Position numbers and translations under genes: made by a program
Source: an uncultured Actinomycetales bacterium
GTDB taxonomy: Bacteria > Actinomycetota > Actinomycetes > CAXTBU01
Assembly (NCBI GenBank): GCA_964237095.1
Contig: CAXSIB010000001.1
Location: forward strand, 1 to 28,011
DNA: 28,011 bases
Direction: 5' to 3'
The notes under the pieces: generated by a model
Seen by the model: the letters and a program-made list of their open reading frames with translations, nothing else
Database searches by the model: none
What the model was told of the DNA's origin: nothing
In this document: positions 8,204 to 17,254 of the stretch, piece by piece
Layout: each line of letters starts with the position of its first letter
Position numbering within the stretch: position 1 is the stretch's first letter

Positions 8204-9286
8204 ATGGCGCAGCCGGGTCCGACCGAGACCGACGACGTCCACCCGCCCCTCCGGGACGTCGGGGGACCCTCCTCACGGGCCGTCACCTTCCTGCGGTCCG
8301 CGCTGCTCGGCCGGCCGGCGGGGGCGTTCACCGCGGCCGACGTCCCCGACCAGACCGGCCGGACGGTGCTGGTCACGGGCGCGACGTCCGGGCTCGGTCT
8401 CCGCTCGGCGCAGCTCCTCGCACGGGCGGGGGCGCGGGTACTGCTGACCGCACGCGACGCCGGGCGGGGGGAGGTCGCGTTCCGCCGGGTGGCGGCGACC
8501 GCGTCCGGGCCTGTCCCCGAGATGGTCGCCCTCGACCTCGCGGACCTCGCCTCCGTCGCCGCGGCGGCCGCCGACGTCGCGGCGCGGGTCGACCGCCTCG
8601 ACCTCGTCCTGGCCAACGCCGGGGTCATGGCGACTCCGCGCGGGCGCACCGTCGACGGCTTCGAGACCCAGATCGGCACCAACCACCTGGGCCACTTCGC
8701 CCTCGTCGGGCGGCTGCTGCCGCTGCTGCGCCCGCGCCCGGGTCCGGTGCCGCTCTCGCAGTCCGGGTCGACCCCGGACGGCACACCGCGGGTCGTGGTG
8801 GTCACCTCGCCGGCGCACCGCGTCGGGCGGGTGACGGTCTCCGACCTGAACGGGGAGGGGCGCCGCTACTCGCCGTGGGGCGCCTACGGCCAGTCCAAGC
8901 TCGCCAACCTCCTGTTCGCGCGGGAGCTGCAGCACCGGGCGGACGAGCACGGGCGGTCGCTGCTCGCCGTCGCCGCCCACCCCGGCTTCGCCTCGACCGG
9001 CCTCGTCGCGAGCTCGAAAGTGGGCTCCGGGCTGCTCCGGCCGCTCGCCCGGTCGGTCGCCCACGTCCTGGCGCAGTCCCCGCAGGCCGGCGTGCTCCCC
9101 CAGCTGTACGCCGCGACCATGCCCGACGTCCGGCCGCTGGAGGTCTTCGGCCCCGCCGGCCCCGGCCAGTGGGTCGGCGCCCCCGTCCGGGTCCCCGTCG
9201 CTCCGGCGGCCCACGACGACGTGACCGCCGCCGCGCTCTGGATCGTGTCCGAGCAGCTCACGGGCGTCACCTACGAGTGGAGCTGA
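8204..9286 (+). CDS. Classical SDR oxidoreductase (retinol dehydrogenase/WWOX-like)
   Basis: VTGATSGLG, LDLADLAS, ANAG, TNHLGHF, YGQSKLAN (YxxxK), AAHPG. Confidence 0.93.
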   Translation: MAQPGPTETDDVHPPLRDVGGPSSRAVTFLRSALLGRPAGAFTAADVPDQTGRTVLVTGATSGLGLRSAQLLARAGARVLLTARDAGRGEVAFRRVAATASGPVPEMVALDLADLASVAAAAADVAARVDRLDLVLANAGVMATPRGRTVDGFETQIGTNHLGHFALVGRLLPLLRPRPGPVPLSQSGSTPDGTPRVVVVTSPAHRVGRVTVSDLNGEGRRYSPWGAYGQSKLANLLFARELQHRADEHGRSLLAVAAHPGFASTGLVASSKVGSGLLRPLARSVAHVLAQSPQAGVLPQLYAATMPDVRPLEVFGPAGPGQWVGAPVRVPVAPAAHDDVTAAALWIVSEQLTGVTYEWS

Positions 9287-10149
9287 CGCTGCCCGTCGAG
9301 CCGCCGCCCTCCCGCTGGGTCTTCGACACGACGGCCTTCACCCGAGGCGGGCCGCCGGCGTGCCCCGACCCGCGCGTCGCCCCCACGGCCGCCGCCGCCC
9401 CGGCCGACGGGTCCGGGGACGGCTCCGTCGGTTCCGACGGCTCCGACCGGGCCGACCCCGAACTGGACCAGGGCCCCGACGACGTCGTCGGCCGCGGCGC
9501 CGACCTCGAGGCCGGGACCCTGCTGGCGGCCTACCGCGCCGGGGTCTTCCCGATGCCGGTGGCCCGGCGGGGCGCCCCCGTCTGGTGGTGCCCGGCGCGG
9601 CGGGGGGTGCTCGAGCCGGCCGCGCTGGTGGTCGCCCGCTCGCTGGCGAAGTCCGCACGACGGTTCGAGGTCCGCGTCGACACGGCGTTCGACGCGGTGA
9701 TCGGCGCGTGCGCCCGGACCTCGCGGCCCGGGGGGTGGATCACCCGCGACCTGGTCCGGGCCTACACCCGCCTCCACGCGCTCGGCTGGGCCCACTCGGT
9801 CGAGGCCTGGACACCGGCGGGCGAGCTCGCGGGCGGTCTCTACGGGGTCGCGATCGGCGGGTTGTTCGCCGGGGAGTCGATGTTCCACGCCGAGGGTCCC
9901 TGGGCGCGCGACGCCAGCAAGGTCGCGCTCGCGGGGCTCGTCGAGCTGCTCACCGGCGACGACCGCGGCGGCGGTGACCACGGCGGCGGCGGTGACCGCG
10001 GGGCCGGCGGCGGCCGCGACCGGCTCGTCGACGTGCAGTGGCTCACCCCCCACCTGCGCTCCCTCGGCGCGGGCACCGTCTCCCGCCGCGACTACCTGAC
10101 CCGTCTCCCGGGTCTGTTCGAGACGCCGCTCCCGCGCCGCTGGCGGTGA
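9277..10149 (+). CDS. aat: Leucyl/phenylalanyl-tRNA--protein transferase
   Basis: GADLEAGTLLAAYRAGVFPMP, WWCP.RRGVL, VDTAFDAVI.AC, GWIT, LH.LGWAHSVEAW, LAGGLYGVAIGGLFAGESMF, ASKVAL, DVQW.TPHL.SLGA; start uncertain (GTG 9277 overlaps SDR stop). Confidence 0.93.
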   Translation: MELTLPVEPPPSRWVFDTTAFTRGGPPACPDPRVAPTAAAAPADGSGDGSVGSDGSDRADPELDQGPDDVVGRGADLEAGTLLAAYRAGVFPMPVARRGAPVWWCPARRGVLEPAALVVARSLAKSARRFEVRVDTAFDAVIGACARTSRPGGWITRDLVRAYTRLHALGWAHSVEAWTPAGELAGGLYGVAIGGLFAGESMFHAEGPWARDASKVALAGLVELLTGDDRGGGDHGGGGDRGAGGGRDRLVDVQWLTPHLRSLGAGTVSRRDYLTRLPGLFETPLPRRWR

Positions 10150-10214
10150 GATCAGCCGGGCGCCGGGGGTGACTCCGGCCGGGCGCCGGGGGCGCCCCGC
10201 TAGCGTCGGCGGAC

Positions 10215-11978
10215 ATGGTGACCCGCATGTCGACCCTGTTCCTGCGCACCCTGCGGGACAACCCGGCCGACGCCGAGCTCCCGGGGCACCGCCTCCTCGT
10301 CCGCGGCGGTTACATCCGTCGCGCCGCCCCCGGCATCTCGTCCTGGCTGCCGATGGGCCTGCGGGTGCTCCGCCGGGTCGAGGCGATCGTGCGGGCGGAG
10401 ATGGACGCCGCGGGTGCGCAGGAGGTGCACTTCCCGGCGCTGCTGCCCCGCGAGCCCTACGAGGCCACGGGCCGTTGGACGGAGTACGGCGACGGGATCT
10501 TCCGGCTGAAGGACCGCCGGGGCGGTGACTACCTCCTGGGCCCGACGCACGAGGAGATGTTCACGCTCCTCGTGAAGGACCTCTACTCCTCCTACAAGGA
10601 CCTGCCGCTCGCGCTCTACCAGATCCAGACGAAGTACCGCGACGAGGCCCGCCCCCGGGCCGGTCTCCTGCGGGGGCGCGAGTTCATCATGAAGGACTCG
10701 TACTCCTTCGACCTCGACGAGGAGGGCCTGGCGCGCTCCTACGAGGTCCACCGCGCCGCCTACGAGGCGATCTTCGTGCGTCTCGGGCTGCCCTACGTGA
10801 TCGTCTCGGCGATGGCGGGGGCCATGGGCGGGTCGCGCAGCGAGGAGTTCCTCGCGCCGGCGGAGAACGGCGAGGACACCTACGTGCGCAGCCCCGGCGG
10901 GTACGCGGCCAACGTGGAGGCGGTGCGCACGGTCGTGCCGCCGGACCTGCCGCTCGACGGACTCCCCCCGGCGCAGGTGCACGACACCCCCGACAGCCCG
11001 ACGATCGCCAGCCTCGTGGCCCTGCTGCAGGAGCGTCTGCCCCGGCCGGACCGGGCGTGGACCGCCGCGGACACGCTGAAGAACGTGATCGTGCGGCTCG
11101 TCGCCCCGGACGGCTCGTGGGAGCCCCTCGCGATCGGCCTGCCCGGCGACCGCGACGTCGACCCCGTGCGACTGGAGGCCGCGGTGTACCCGGCGTCCGT
11201 GGAGCCGTTCACCGACGAGGACTTCGCGGCCCACCCCACCCTCGTCAAGGGCTACATCGGCCCCGGCGGGCTGGGCACGGCGTCGCCCGGCGGCATCCGG
11301 TACCTCCTCGACCCTCGGGTCGTCACCGGGACCGCGTGGGTCACGGGCGCGAACGAGCGGGGACGCCACGTCCTCGGGCTCGTCGCGGGCCGGGACTTCA
11401 CCGGCGACGGCACGGTGGAGGCGGCGGAGGTCCGCGTCGGGGACCCGGCCCCGGACGGCTCCGGCCCGCTCGCGGCCGCCCGCGGCATCGAGATCGGGCA
11501 CGTCTTCGCCCTGGGGCGGAAGTTCGCCGAAGCCCTCGGGCTGACCGTCCTGGACGAGAGGGGACAGCAGGTCACGGTGACGATGGGCTCCTACGGCCTC
11601 GGCGTCACCCGCGCGGTCGCGGCCGTCGCGGAGCTCCACCACGACGACCGCGGCCTGCGCTGGCCGCGGTCGGTGGCGCCGTTCGACGTGTACGTGGTCG
11701 CGGTCGGGCGTACCCCCGAAGCAGTCGAGGCCACCGCGGCCCTGGCCACGGCGCTGGAGGCCGCGGGCCTGTCGGTGCTGCTCGACGACCGGCCGCGGGT
11801 GAGTGTCGGGGTGAAGCTGACCGACGCCGAGCTGCTCGGGATCCCCGACATCGTGGTCGCCGGGCGCGGCCTCGCGACCGGGACCGTCGAGCACGTCGAC
11901 CGCATCTCCGGCGACCGCCTCGAGGTGGGGCTGGCCGAGATCGCGGGTCGCCTCGCCGCTCTGCGTCCGGCCGCCTGA
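10215..11978 (+). CDS. proS: Proline--tRNA ligase, bacterial type with INS editing domain
   Basis: [54 protein letters not shown], editing-domain TLKNV and [17 protein letters not shown]-terminal anticodon domain. Confidence 0.97.
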   Translation: MVTRMSTLFLRTLRDNPADAELPGHRLLVRGGYIRRAAPGISSWLPMGLRVLRRVEAIVRAEMDAAGAQEVHFPALLPREPYEATGRWTEYGDGIFRLKDRRGGDYLLGPTHEEMFTLLVKDLYSSYKDLPLALYQIQTKYRDEARPRAGLLRGREFIMKDSYSFDLDEEGLARSYEVHRAAYEAIFVRLGLPYVIVSAMAGAMGGSRSEEFLAPAENGEDTYVRSPGGYAANVEAVRTVVPPDLPLDGLPPAQVHDTPDSPTIASLVALLQERLPRPDRAWTAADTLKNVIVRLVAPDGSWEPLAIGLPGDRDVDPVRLEAAVYPASVEPFTDEDFAAHPTLVKGYIGPGGLGTASPGGIRYLLDPRVVTGTAWVTGANERGRHVLGLVAGRDFTGDGTVEAAEVRVGDPAPDGSGPLAAARGIEIGHVFALGRKFAEALGLTVLDERGQQVTVTMGSYGLGVTRAVAAVAELHHDDRGLRWPRSVAPFDVYVVAVGRTPEAVEATAALATALEAAGLSVLLDDRPRVSVGVKLTDAELLGIPDIVVAGRGLATGTVEHVDRISGDRLEVGLAEIAGRLAALRPAA

Positions 11979-12072
11979 CGACGCGTCCCGACGACACCGG
12001 CCGACGAGGCGGCCGACGGCTCCGCGTTCGGCGGGCTGACCATCGGGAACTCCGGCTCGGCTGGGTCCGTCT

Positions 12073-12139
12073 GAGGTCGATCCGCCGCCTCGGCAGATCA
12101 TGGAGCCCGGACACATGATCATCGGCGGATCGAGACCTC
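12073..12139. repeat. Interrupted palindrome (REP-like element or terminator) downstream of first proS
   Basis: GAGGTC GATCCGCCG ..ATCATG..CATGAT.. CGGCGGATC .. GACCTC; three nested complementary segments of 6, 9 and 6 bp. Confidence 0.7.
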
Positions 12140-12146
12140 CTGCCCA

Positions 12147-12175
12147 TTGACTGTGAATGGCCCACCTGTGAGGGT
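12147..12175 (+). promoter_or_regulatory. Putative housekeeping-sigma promoter of the S53 peptidase
   Basis: TTGACT-17 nt-GAGGGT (with TGn), short CCATT/AATGG inverted repeat over the -35; GAGGAG SD at 12269-12274. Confidence 0.4.
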
Positions 12176-12280
12176 TCCGTCACCGACAGCAGCGAGCGTC
12201 CGCTGCCGCCGCGCGTCCCGGCGCCGTCCCGGGAGCCGCACCGACCGGCCGGGGGCCGGTCCCTGCTCGAGGAGTCCTGC

Positions 12281-13663
12281 ATGAGGTCGTGGATGCGAAC
12301 GGGTGCGGTGGCGGTCGCCGTCGCCGGGCTGCTGGGGGTGCCCGCCGCGAGCGGCTGGGCACGGACGCCGGCACCGGTGCGGGGGCTGACCACCCAGCGG
12401 GCGGCGGCGAACACCGTCCCCCGGCTGCGGGCCCAGCTCCGGGCGGGGACGCTGGCGAGCAGCCACGGCACCCTCGCCGTCTGCGCGGTGCACCACCTGG
12501 CCTGCCGGGCCGAGGTGCTGACCTCGTCGAAGACGTCGAAGGACCTGCTGATCACCGGGACGCCCGTCGGGTACGGCGCCACCGACCTCGAGGCCGCCTA
12601 CGGGACCAACGCGACCGACGGCGGGACCGGGACGATCGCGATCATCGACGCCGGGGCGTACCCGACGCTCGAGTCCGACCTCACGATCTACCGCGACGCC
12701 TACGGCCTGCCCCGGTGCACCGTCGCGAGCGGCTGCTTCAAGCAGGTCACCTACAAGGGTGGTGCGCCCTACCAGCCGTCGACGGACGAGTTCACCTCCT
12801 TCGTCGAGGAGCTGGTCTCCCTGGAGACGGCGCTGGACGTCGACATGGCGTCGGCGGCCTGTCCGCGTTGCAAGATCGTCGAGATCCAGATCCCGGCCCT
12901 CGACGCGGCTCCGGAGAGCCAGGCCGACGAGGACGTCGCGACGCTGCACTTCGCGCAGGCGACGCAGGAGGCGGTCCGCCTCGGCGCGAAGTCCGCGAGC
13001 ATCAGCTACGGCTACGACGCGGACACCTACACCGACACGGGCAGCCCGGCGGCCGACATGCGCCACCACGGCATCGCCGTCGTCGCCTCCAGCGGGGACA
13101 GCGGGGTCAACCTCGGCGGCAACAGCTGGCCGGCGGACCTGACCACGGTGATCGCCGCGGGTGGCACGTCCCTCTACACCGACACGACGGTGGCGCGCGG
13201 CTACACCGAGACCGCCTGGAACGGCGCGGGCAGCGGGTGCACGTTCGACCTCGGACCGGCGGTCGGGCAGCCCGAGTCGGTGGCCGCGGCGTGCTTCGGC
13301 AACCGGACCGACACCGACATCTCGGCCGTCGCGGACCCCTACACCGGGGTCGCGGTCTACAACAGCTACGCCCCGGCCACGGGCTTCCCCTACGGGTTCG
13401 TCGTCGTCGGCGGGACCAGCGCGTCCTCGCCGTTCATCGCGGGGATGTACGCCCGCGCCGGGGTGCCGTCGACGGTGGTCGGCCCGAGCGCCCTCTACAC
13501 GGGTTCCGGGACGCGGTTCAACGACGTCCTCATCGGCGCCAACGACTACCCGGGGGAGTGCGAGTCCTACGGCTACGACGACACGCGGCTCTGCACCTCC
13601 GGACCCGGCTGGGACGGGCCGACCGGGCGCGGCACCCCGAAGGGCCTGAAGACCTTCCGCTGA
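12281..13663 (+). CDS. Secreted S53 (sedolisin-like) serine peptidase
   Basis: Signal peptide; ETALDVDM (Glu/Asp of triad), ASSGDSG (oxyanion Asp), GGTSASSP (Ser nucleophile), GWDGPTGRGTP Ca-binding end. Confidence 0.9.
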   Translation: MRSWMRTGAVAVAVAGLLGVPAASGWARTPAPVRGLTTQRAAANTVPRLRAQLRAGTLASSHGTLAVCAVHHLACRAEVLTSSKTSKDLLITGTPVGYGATDLEAAYGTNATDGGTGTIAIIDAGAYPTLESDLTIYRDAYGLPRCTVASGCFKQVTYKGGAPYQPSTDEFTSFVEELVSLETALDVDMASAACPRCKIVEIQIPALDAAPESQADEDVATLHFAQATQEAVRLGAKSASISYGYDADTYTDTGSPAADMRHHGIAVVASSGDSGVNLGGNSWPADLTTVIAAGGTSLYTDTTVARGYTETAWNGAGSGCTFDLGPAVGQPESVAAACFGNRTDTDISAVADPYTGVAVYNSYAPATGFPYGFVVVGGTSASSPFIAGMYARAGVPSTVVGPSALYTGSGTRFNDVLIGANDYPGECESYGYDDTRLCTSGPGWDGPTGRGTPKGLKTFR

Positions 13664-13686
13664 CCCCGTCCCCGCGCGCCTGAGCA

Positions 13687-13722
13687 CCGCCGGCCCGCTC
13701 CCGCCCGGGAGCGGGCCGGCGG
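13687..13722 (+). terminator. 16-bp perfect stem-loop after S53 gene
   Basis: CCGCCGGCCCGCTCCC-gccc-GGGAGCGGGCCGGCGG; no U-tract. Confidence 0.75.
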
Positions 13723-13730
13723 CCGTCGTC

Positions 13731-13763
13731 CCGGGGATCGCCGGGGTTCGCCGGGGCTCGCCG
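13731..13763. repeat. 10-bp tandem repeat CCGGGG(A/T/C)TCG x3 upstream of second proS -10
   Basis: ccggggatcg ccggggttcg ccggggctcg ccg, then TAGGAT at 13767-13772. Confidence 0.85.
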
Positions 13764-13780
13764 CCCTAGGATCAGCGCCC

Positions 13781-15193
13781 GTGGCCCGTCAGCGCGTCCT
13801 CACCCCGCAGGGGGAGGACTTCCCCGCCTGGTACCAGGACGTCGTGGCGAAGGCGGAGCTGGCCGAGTCCGGGCCGGTCCGCGGGACGATGGTCATCCGG
13901 CCCTACGGCTACGCGCTCTGGGAGCGGATGCAGGCCGAGCTCGACGCGCGGATCAAGGCCACCGGCGCGCGCAACGCCTACTTCCCGCTGTTCATCCCGG
14001 AGTCCTACCTGCACCGGGAGGCCGAGCACGTCGCCGGCTTCAGTCCCGAGCTCGCGGTCGTGACCCACGCCGGCGGGAAGGTCCTCGAGGAGCCGGTCGT
14101 CGTGCGGCCCACCTCGGAGACCGTGGTCGGGGAGTACCTCGGGAAGTGGGTCCAGTCCTGGCGGGACCTGCCCCTGCTGCTCAACCAGTGGGCGAACGTG
14201 GTGCGCTGGGAGCTGCGGCCGCGGATCTTCCTGCGCACGACGGAGTTCCTCTGGCAGGAGGGGCACACCGCGCACGCGGACGCCGCCGACGCGAGCGCCT
14301 ACGCACGGCGGATCCTCGACGACGTCTACGCGGACTTCATGGTGTCGGTGCTGGCGATCCCGGTCGTCCGCGGGCGGAAGACCGCGAAGGAGCGCTTCGC
14401 CGGGGCGGTGGACACCCTCACCTGCGAGGCGATGATGGGCGACGGGCGCGCCCTGCAGATGGGCACGTCGCACGAGCTCGGCCAGAACTTCGCGCGGGCG
14501 TTCGGCATCGACTTCCTCGACGCGGCCGGCGAGCGCCGCCTCGCGCACACCACGTCCTGGGGCTCGTCGACCCGCATGGTCGGCGGCCTGATCATGTGCC
14601 ACGGCGACGATGCGGGGCTCCGGGTGCCGCCCGCGCTGGCCGCGGTCCAGGTGCTGGTGACCCTCGTGCGGGCCGATCCCGAGGTCGACCGGGTCGCGCG
14701 AGCACTGCTCTCGGAGCTGCTGGCGGCCGGGGTCCGCGCCGAGCTCGACGACCGGGTCGACGTCCAGTACGGCCGCCGCGCCGTCGACGCCGAGCTGAAG
14801 GGCTACCCCGTGCGGGTGGAGGTCGGGCCGCGCGACCTCGCGACCGGGGTCGTCACCGTCGTCCGGCGGATCCCCGGCGAGTACACCACGGTCGCCCTCG
14901 CGGCGGTCGCGGACACCGTGGTCGACGCCCTCGCCCGGGACCAGGCGGCGCTGCTCGCCGAGGCCACCCGCCGGCGCGACGAGCGGACCGTCGACGTCGA
15001 CACCGTCGAGGATGCCGCGGCGGCCGCGGCGACCGGGTGGGCCCGCATCGCGTGGTCCACCCTCGGCGTCGCCGGCGAGGAGACCCTGTCCCAGCGGGGT
15101 GTCACCGTGCGCTGCCTCGTCCGCGAGGACGGCGGCGTCCCCGATGCCGGCGACGACGCCGGGCTGGTCGCGGTGGTCGCCCGCGCGTACTGA
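13781..15193 (+). CDS. proS: Proline--tRNA ligase, eukaryote/archaeal-like type (no INS domain)
   Basis: DFPAWYQDVV.KAELA, VRGTMVIRPYGYALWE, YFPLFIP, RPTSET, NQWANVVRWE.R.R.FLRTTEFLWQEGHTAH, ERFAGA, LQMGTSH.LGQNF, TSWG.STRMVG, terminal ARAY. Confidence 0.96.
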   Translation: MARQRVLTPQGEDFPAWYQDVVAKAELAESGPVRGTMVIRPYGYALWERMQAELDARIKATGARNAYFPLFIPESYLHREAEHVAGFSPELAVVTHAGGKVLEEPVVVRPTSETVVGEYLGKWVQSWRDLPLLLNQWANVVRWELRPRIFLRTTEFLWQEGHTAHADAADASAYARRILDDVYADFMVSVLAIPVVRGRKTAKERFAGAVDTLTCEAMMGDGRALQMGTSHELGQNFARAFGIDFLDAAGERRLAHTTSWGSSTRMVGGLIMCHGDDAGLRVPPALAAVQVLVTLVRADPEVDRVARALLSELLAAGVRAELDDRVDVQYGRRAVDAELKGYPVRVEVGPRDLATGVVTVVRRIPGEYTTVALAAVADTVVDALARDQAALLAEATRRRDERTVDVDTVEDAAAAAATGWARIAWSTLGVAGEETLSQRGVTVRCLVREDGGVPDAGDDAGLVAVVARAY

Positions 15194-15231
15194 CCGGAGC
15201 CGGTGTGCCCCGGGGTCGGTATGGTCCCGCG

Positions 15232-17235
15232 ATGACGCGTCACCGCCTGCTCTGCGGGCTCGCCCTCTCGGTGTCCCTGCTGCTGCCGGCGGCCGGCCCG
15301 GCGGTCGGTCCCGCGGCCGCGGCCGGCACGGCGTCGGGACGGGACGCCGGGTCGGGACGAGCGGTGACGGTGTCGACGACGGCACCGGCGCCCGCGGTGC
15401 AGCTCCGGGTCGACCAGGCCGGCTACCTGCCCGGTGACCGCAAGACCGCGTACGTCCTGTCGCCGCGGGCGTTGCCGGGCGCGGTGGTCGACGTGGTGGA
15501 CCGCCGGGGCCGGCGGGTCGCCCGGGTCCACCTGGTCCGGCGCGGGGCGTGGAGCGCCGCGTTCCCCGACGTCTACAGCGCGGACTTCAGCCGCGTGACC
15601 CGGAGGGGGCGCTACCACCTCGTCCTGCCCGGGACCGCCGTCCGGTCGGTGGCGTTCCCGGTGCTGACCCGCGCCGAGCTGTGGGATCCCGTGCTGAGCA
15701 AGGGGATCGCGTTCGACCGGGTGCAGCGCGACGGCGCCGGCGTCGTCGCCGGCCCGCTGCGCCGCCGGCCGTCCCACCTCGACGACGCGGCCGCGCAGCT
15801 GTACCTGTGGCCGGACTTCGAGCCCGACTCCGACGCGATCACCGACGCCGACCTCACCCCGTCCGGCGGGACGGTCGACGTCGAGGGCGGCTGGTTCGAC
15901 GCCGGGGACTACCTGAAGCTGACCCACTCGACCGCCTACGCCGACGTGCTCCTCTACGAGGCGGCCCGCAGCCTCGGCCCGGCCGCGCCGGCCTCGCTGC
16001 TCGCGGAGGCCCGCCACGGCTCGGACTGGCTCGCCAGGATGTGGGACTCGCGGACGAAGACCCTGTACCTGCAGGTGGGCATCGGCTCCGGCAACGACGC
16101 CGGCACCTTCACCGGGGACCACGACCTGTGGCGGCTGCCCGAGCGCGACGATTCCGACCGCGCGGCCGTCGACCGCTACGCCGCCGCCCACCGCCCGGTG
16201 TTCCGGGCCGCGCCGCCGGGCCGCCCGATCAGTCCCAACCTCGCCGGCCGGGTCTCGGCCGCCTTCGCCCTGGCCGCGCAGGCCGACGCGCGCGCCCACC
16301 CCCGCCGCGCCCGGGCCGAGCTGGCCGACGCGACGTCCCTGTACGCGATGGCCGACACGGCGTCCCCGCCCGTGCCGCTCGTCACCGCGCTGCCGAACGC
16401 GTTCTACCCGGAGGCCGGCTGGCACGACGACATGGAGCTCGGCGCGGTCGAGACCGCCCGCGCGCGGCTCGCCCTGCACCGACCCGCGCAGCCCTACCTG
16501 GGCGACGCGGCGCACTGGGCCCGGGCGTACCTGCGCGACGACGTCCACCACGGCGCGGGCGACACCTTCAACCTGTACGACGTGAGCGCCCTCGCGCACA
16601 CCGATCTCGCCCGGACGATACGCGCGGTCCGCGGGCAGGCGACGGGCCACCTCGCTGTCACGCGCGCCGCGCTCGTGGCCGACCTCCGCCGGCAGCTGGC
16701 CGGCGCGGCCCGGCGGTCGGCCGCCGAGCCGTTCGGGGCCGGGGTGGACGACACGCAGTTCGACGTCGACTCCCACACCCTCGGCCTGGTCGCCACCGAG
16801 GGCTGGTACCGCTCGCTCACCGGCGACCGCCGCTTCGATGATCTCGCGGCCTCCCTGCGGGGCTGGGTGTTCGGGGCGAACGCGTGGGGCGTGAGCTTCA
16901 TGGTCGGCGTGGGCACCACCTATCCGCACTGCATGCAGCACCAGGTCGCCAACCTCAGGGGCAGCACCGACGGCCGCGCCCCGCTGGCGGTCGGCGCCGT
17001 CGTCAACGGCCCGAACGGCGCCGCCCAGTTCGACGGCGGCCTCGGGGGACTGCAGGACGGCATGGTCGCCTGCCCCGCGGCCGGCACCACCGCCGCGGTC
17101 CCGGCCGGGGTCTACGACGGGTCGGGCAGTGTGTACCTGGACGACGTGCGGTCGTGGCAGACCGACGAGCCCGCCCTCGACATGACCGGCGCGGCGATCA
17201 TCGCGGCCGCCGCCCAGCTCGGCCGTCCCCGGTGA
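15232..17235 (+). CDS. Secreted glycoside hydrolase family 9 with N-terminal Ig-like domain, 667 aa
   Basis: Signal peptide; RVDQAGYLPGDRK (CelD_N-like); DVEGGWFDAGDYLK; GANAWGVSFMVGVG; YLDDVRSWQTDEPALD; ATG 6 nt after TATGGT. Confidence 0.88.
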   Translation: MTRHRLLCGLALSVSLLLPAAGPAVGPAAAAGTASGRDAGSGRAVTVSTTAPAPAVQLRVDQAGYLPGDRKTAYVLSPRALPGAVVDVVDRRGRRVARVHLVRRGAWSAAFPDVYSADFSRVTRRGRYHLVLPGTAVRSVAFPVLTRAELWDPVLSKGIAFDRVQRDGAGVVAGPLRRRPSHLDDAAAQLYLWPDFEPDSDAITDADLTPSGGTVDVEGGWFDAGDYLKLTHSTAYADVLLYEAARSLGPAAPASLLAEARHGSDWLARMWDSRTKTLYLQVGIGSGNDAGTFTGDHDLWRLPERDDSDRAAVDRYAAAHRPVFRAAPPGRPISPNLAGRVSAAFALAAQADARAHPRRARAELADATSLYAMADTASPPVPLVTALPNAFYPEAGWHDDMELGAVETARARLALHRPAQPYLGDAAHWARAYLRDDVHHGAGDTFNLYDVSALAHTDLARTIRAVRGQATGHLAVTRAALVADLRRQLAGAARRSAAEPFGAGVDDTQFDVDSHTLGLVATEGWYRSLTGDRRFDDLAASLRGWVFGANAWGVSFMVGVGTTYPHCMQHQVANLRGSTDGRAPLAVGAVVNGPNGAAQFDGGLGGLQDGMVACPAAGTTAAVPAGVYDGSGSVYLDDVRSWQTDEPALDMTGAAIIAAAAQLGRPR

Positions 17236-17254
17236 TGCTCCCGCCGCCGGCCTC

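Noticed and set aside
6397-10149. 1250-aa ORF as a giant Aat fusion
   Set aside because: The first ~960 codons are antisense or off-frame to DUF1524, EcsC and SDR genes and Arg/Pro/Gly-rich; only the last 290 aa carry Aat motifs
10155-10214. T-box leader for proS (also checked 13720-13780)
   Set aside because: Regions too short, no T-box consensus, and -10 boxes sit directly before the start codons
12153-12184. CRP/GlxR site (TGTGA motifs) at the peptidase promoter
   Set aside because: Half-site spacing is not TGTGA-N6-TCACA
14146-17235. 1029-aa ORF suggesting a proS2-GH9 frameshift fusion
   Set aside because: proS2 ends normally with conserved Tyr-stop; GH9 has its own -10, ATG and signal peptide at 15232
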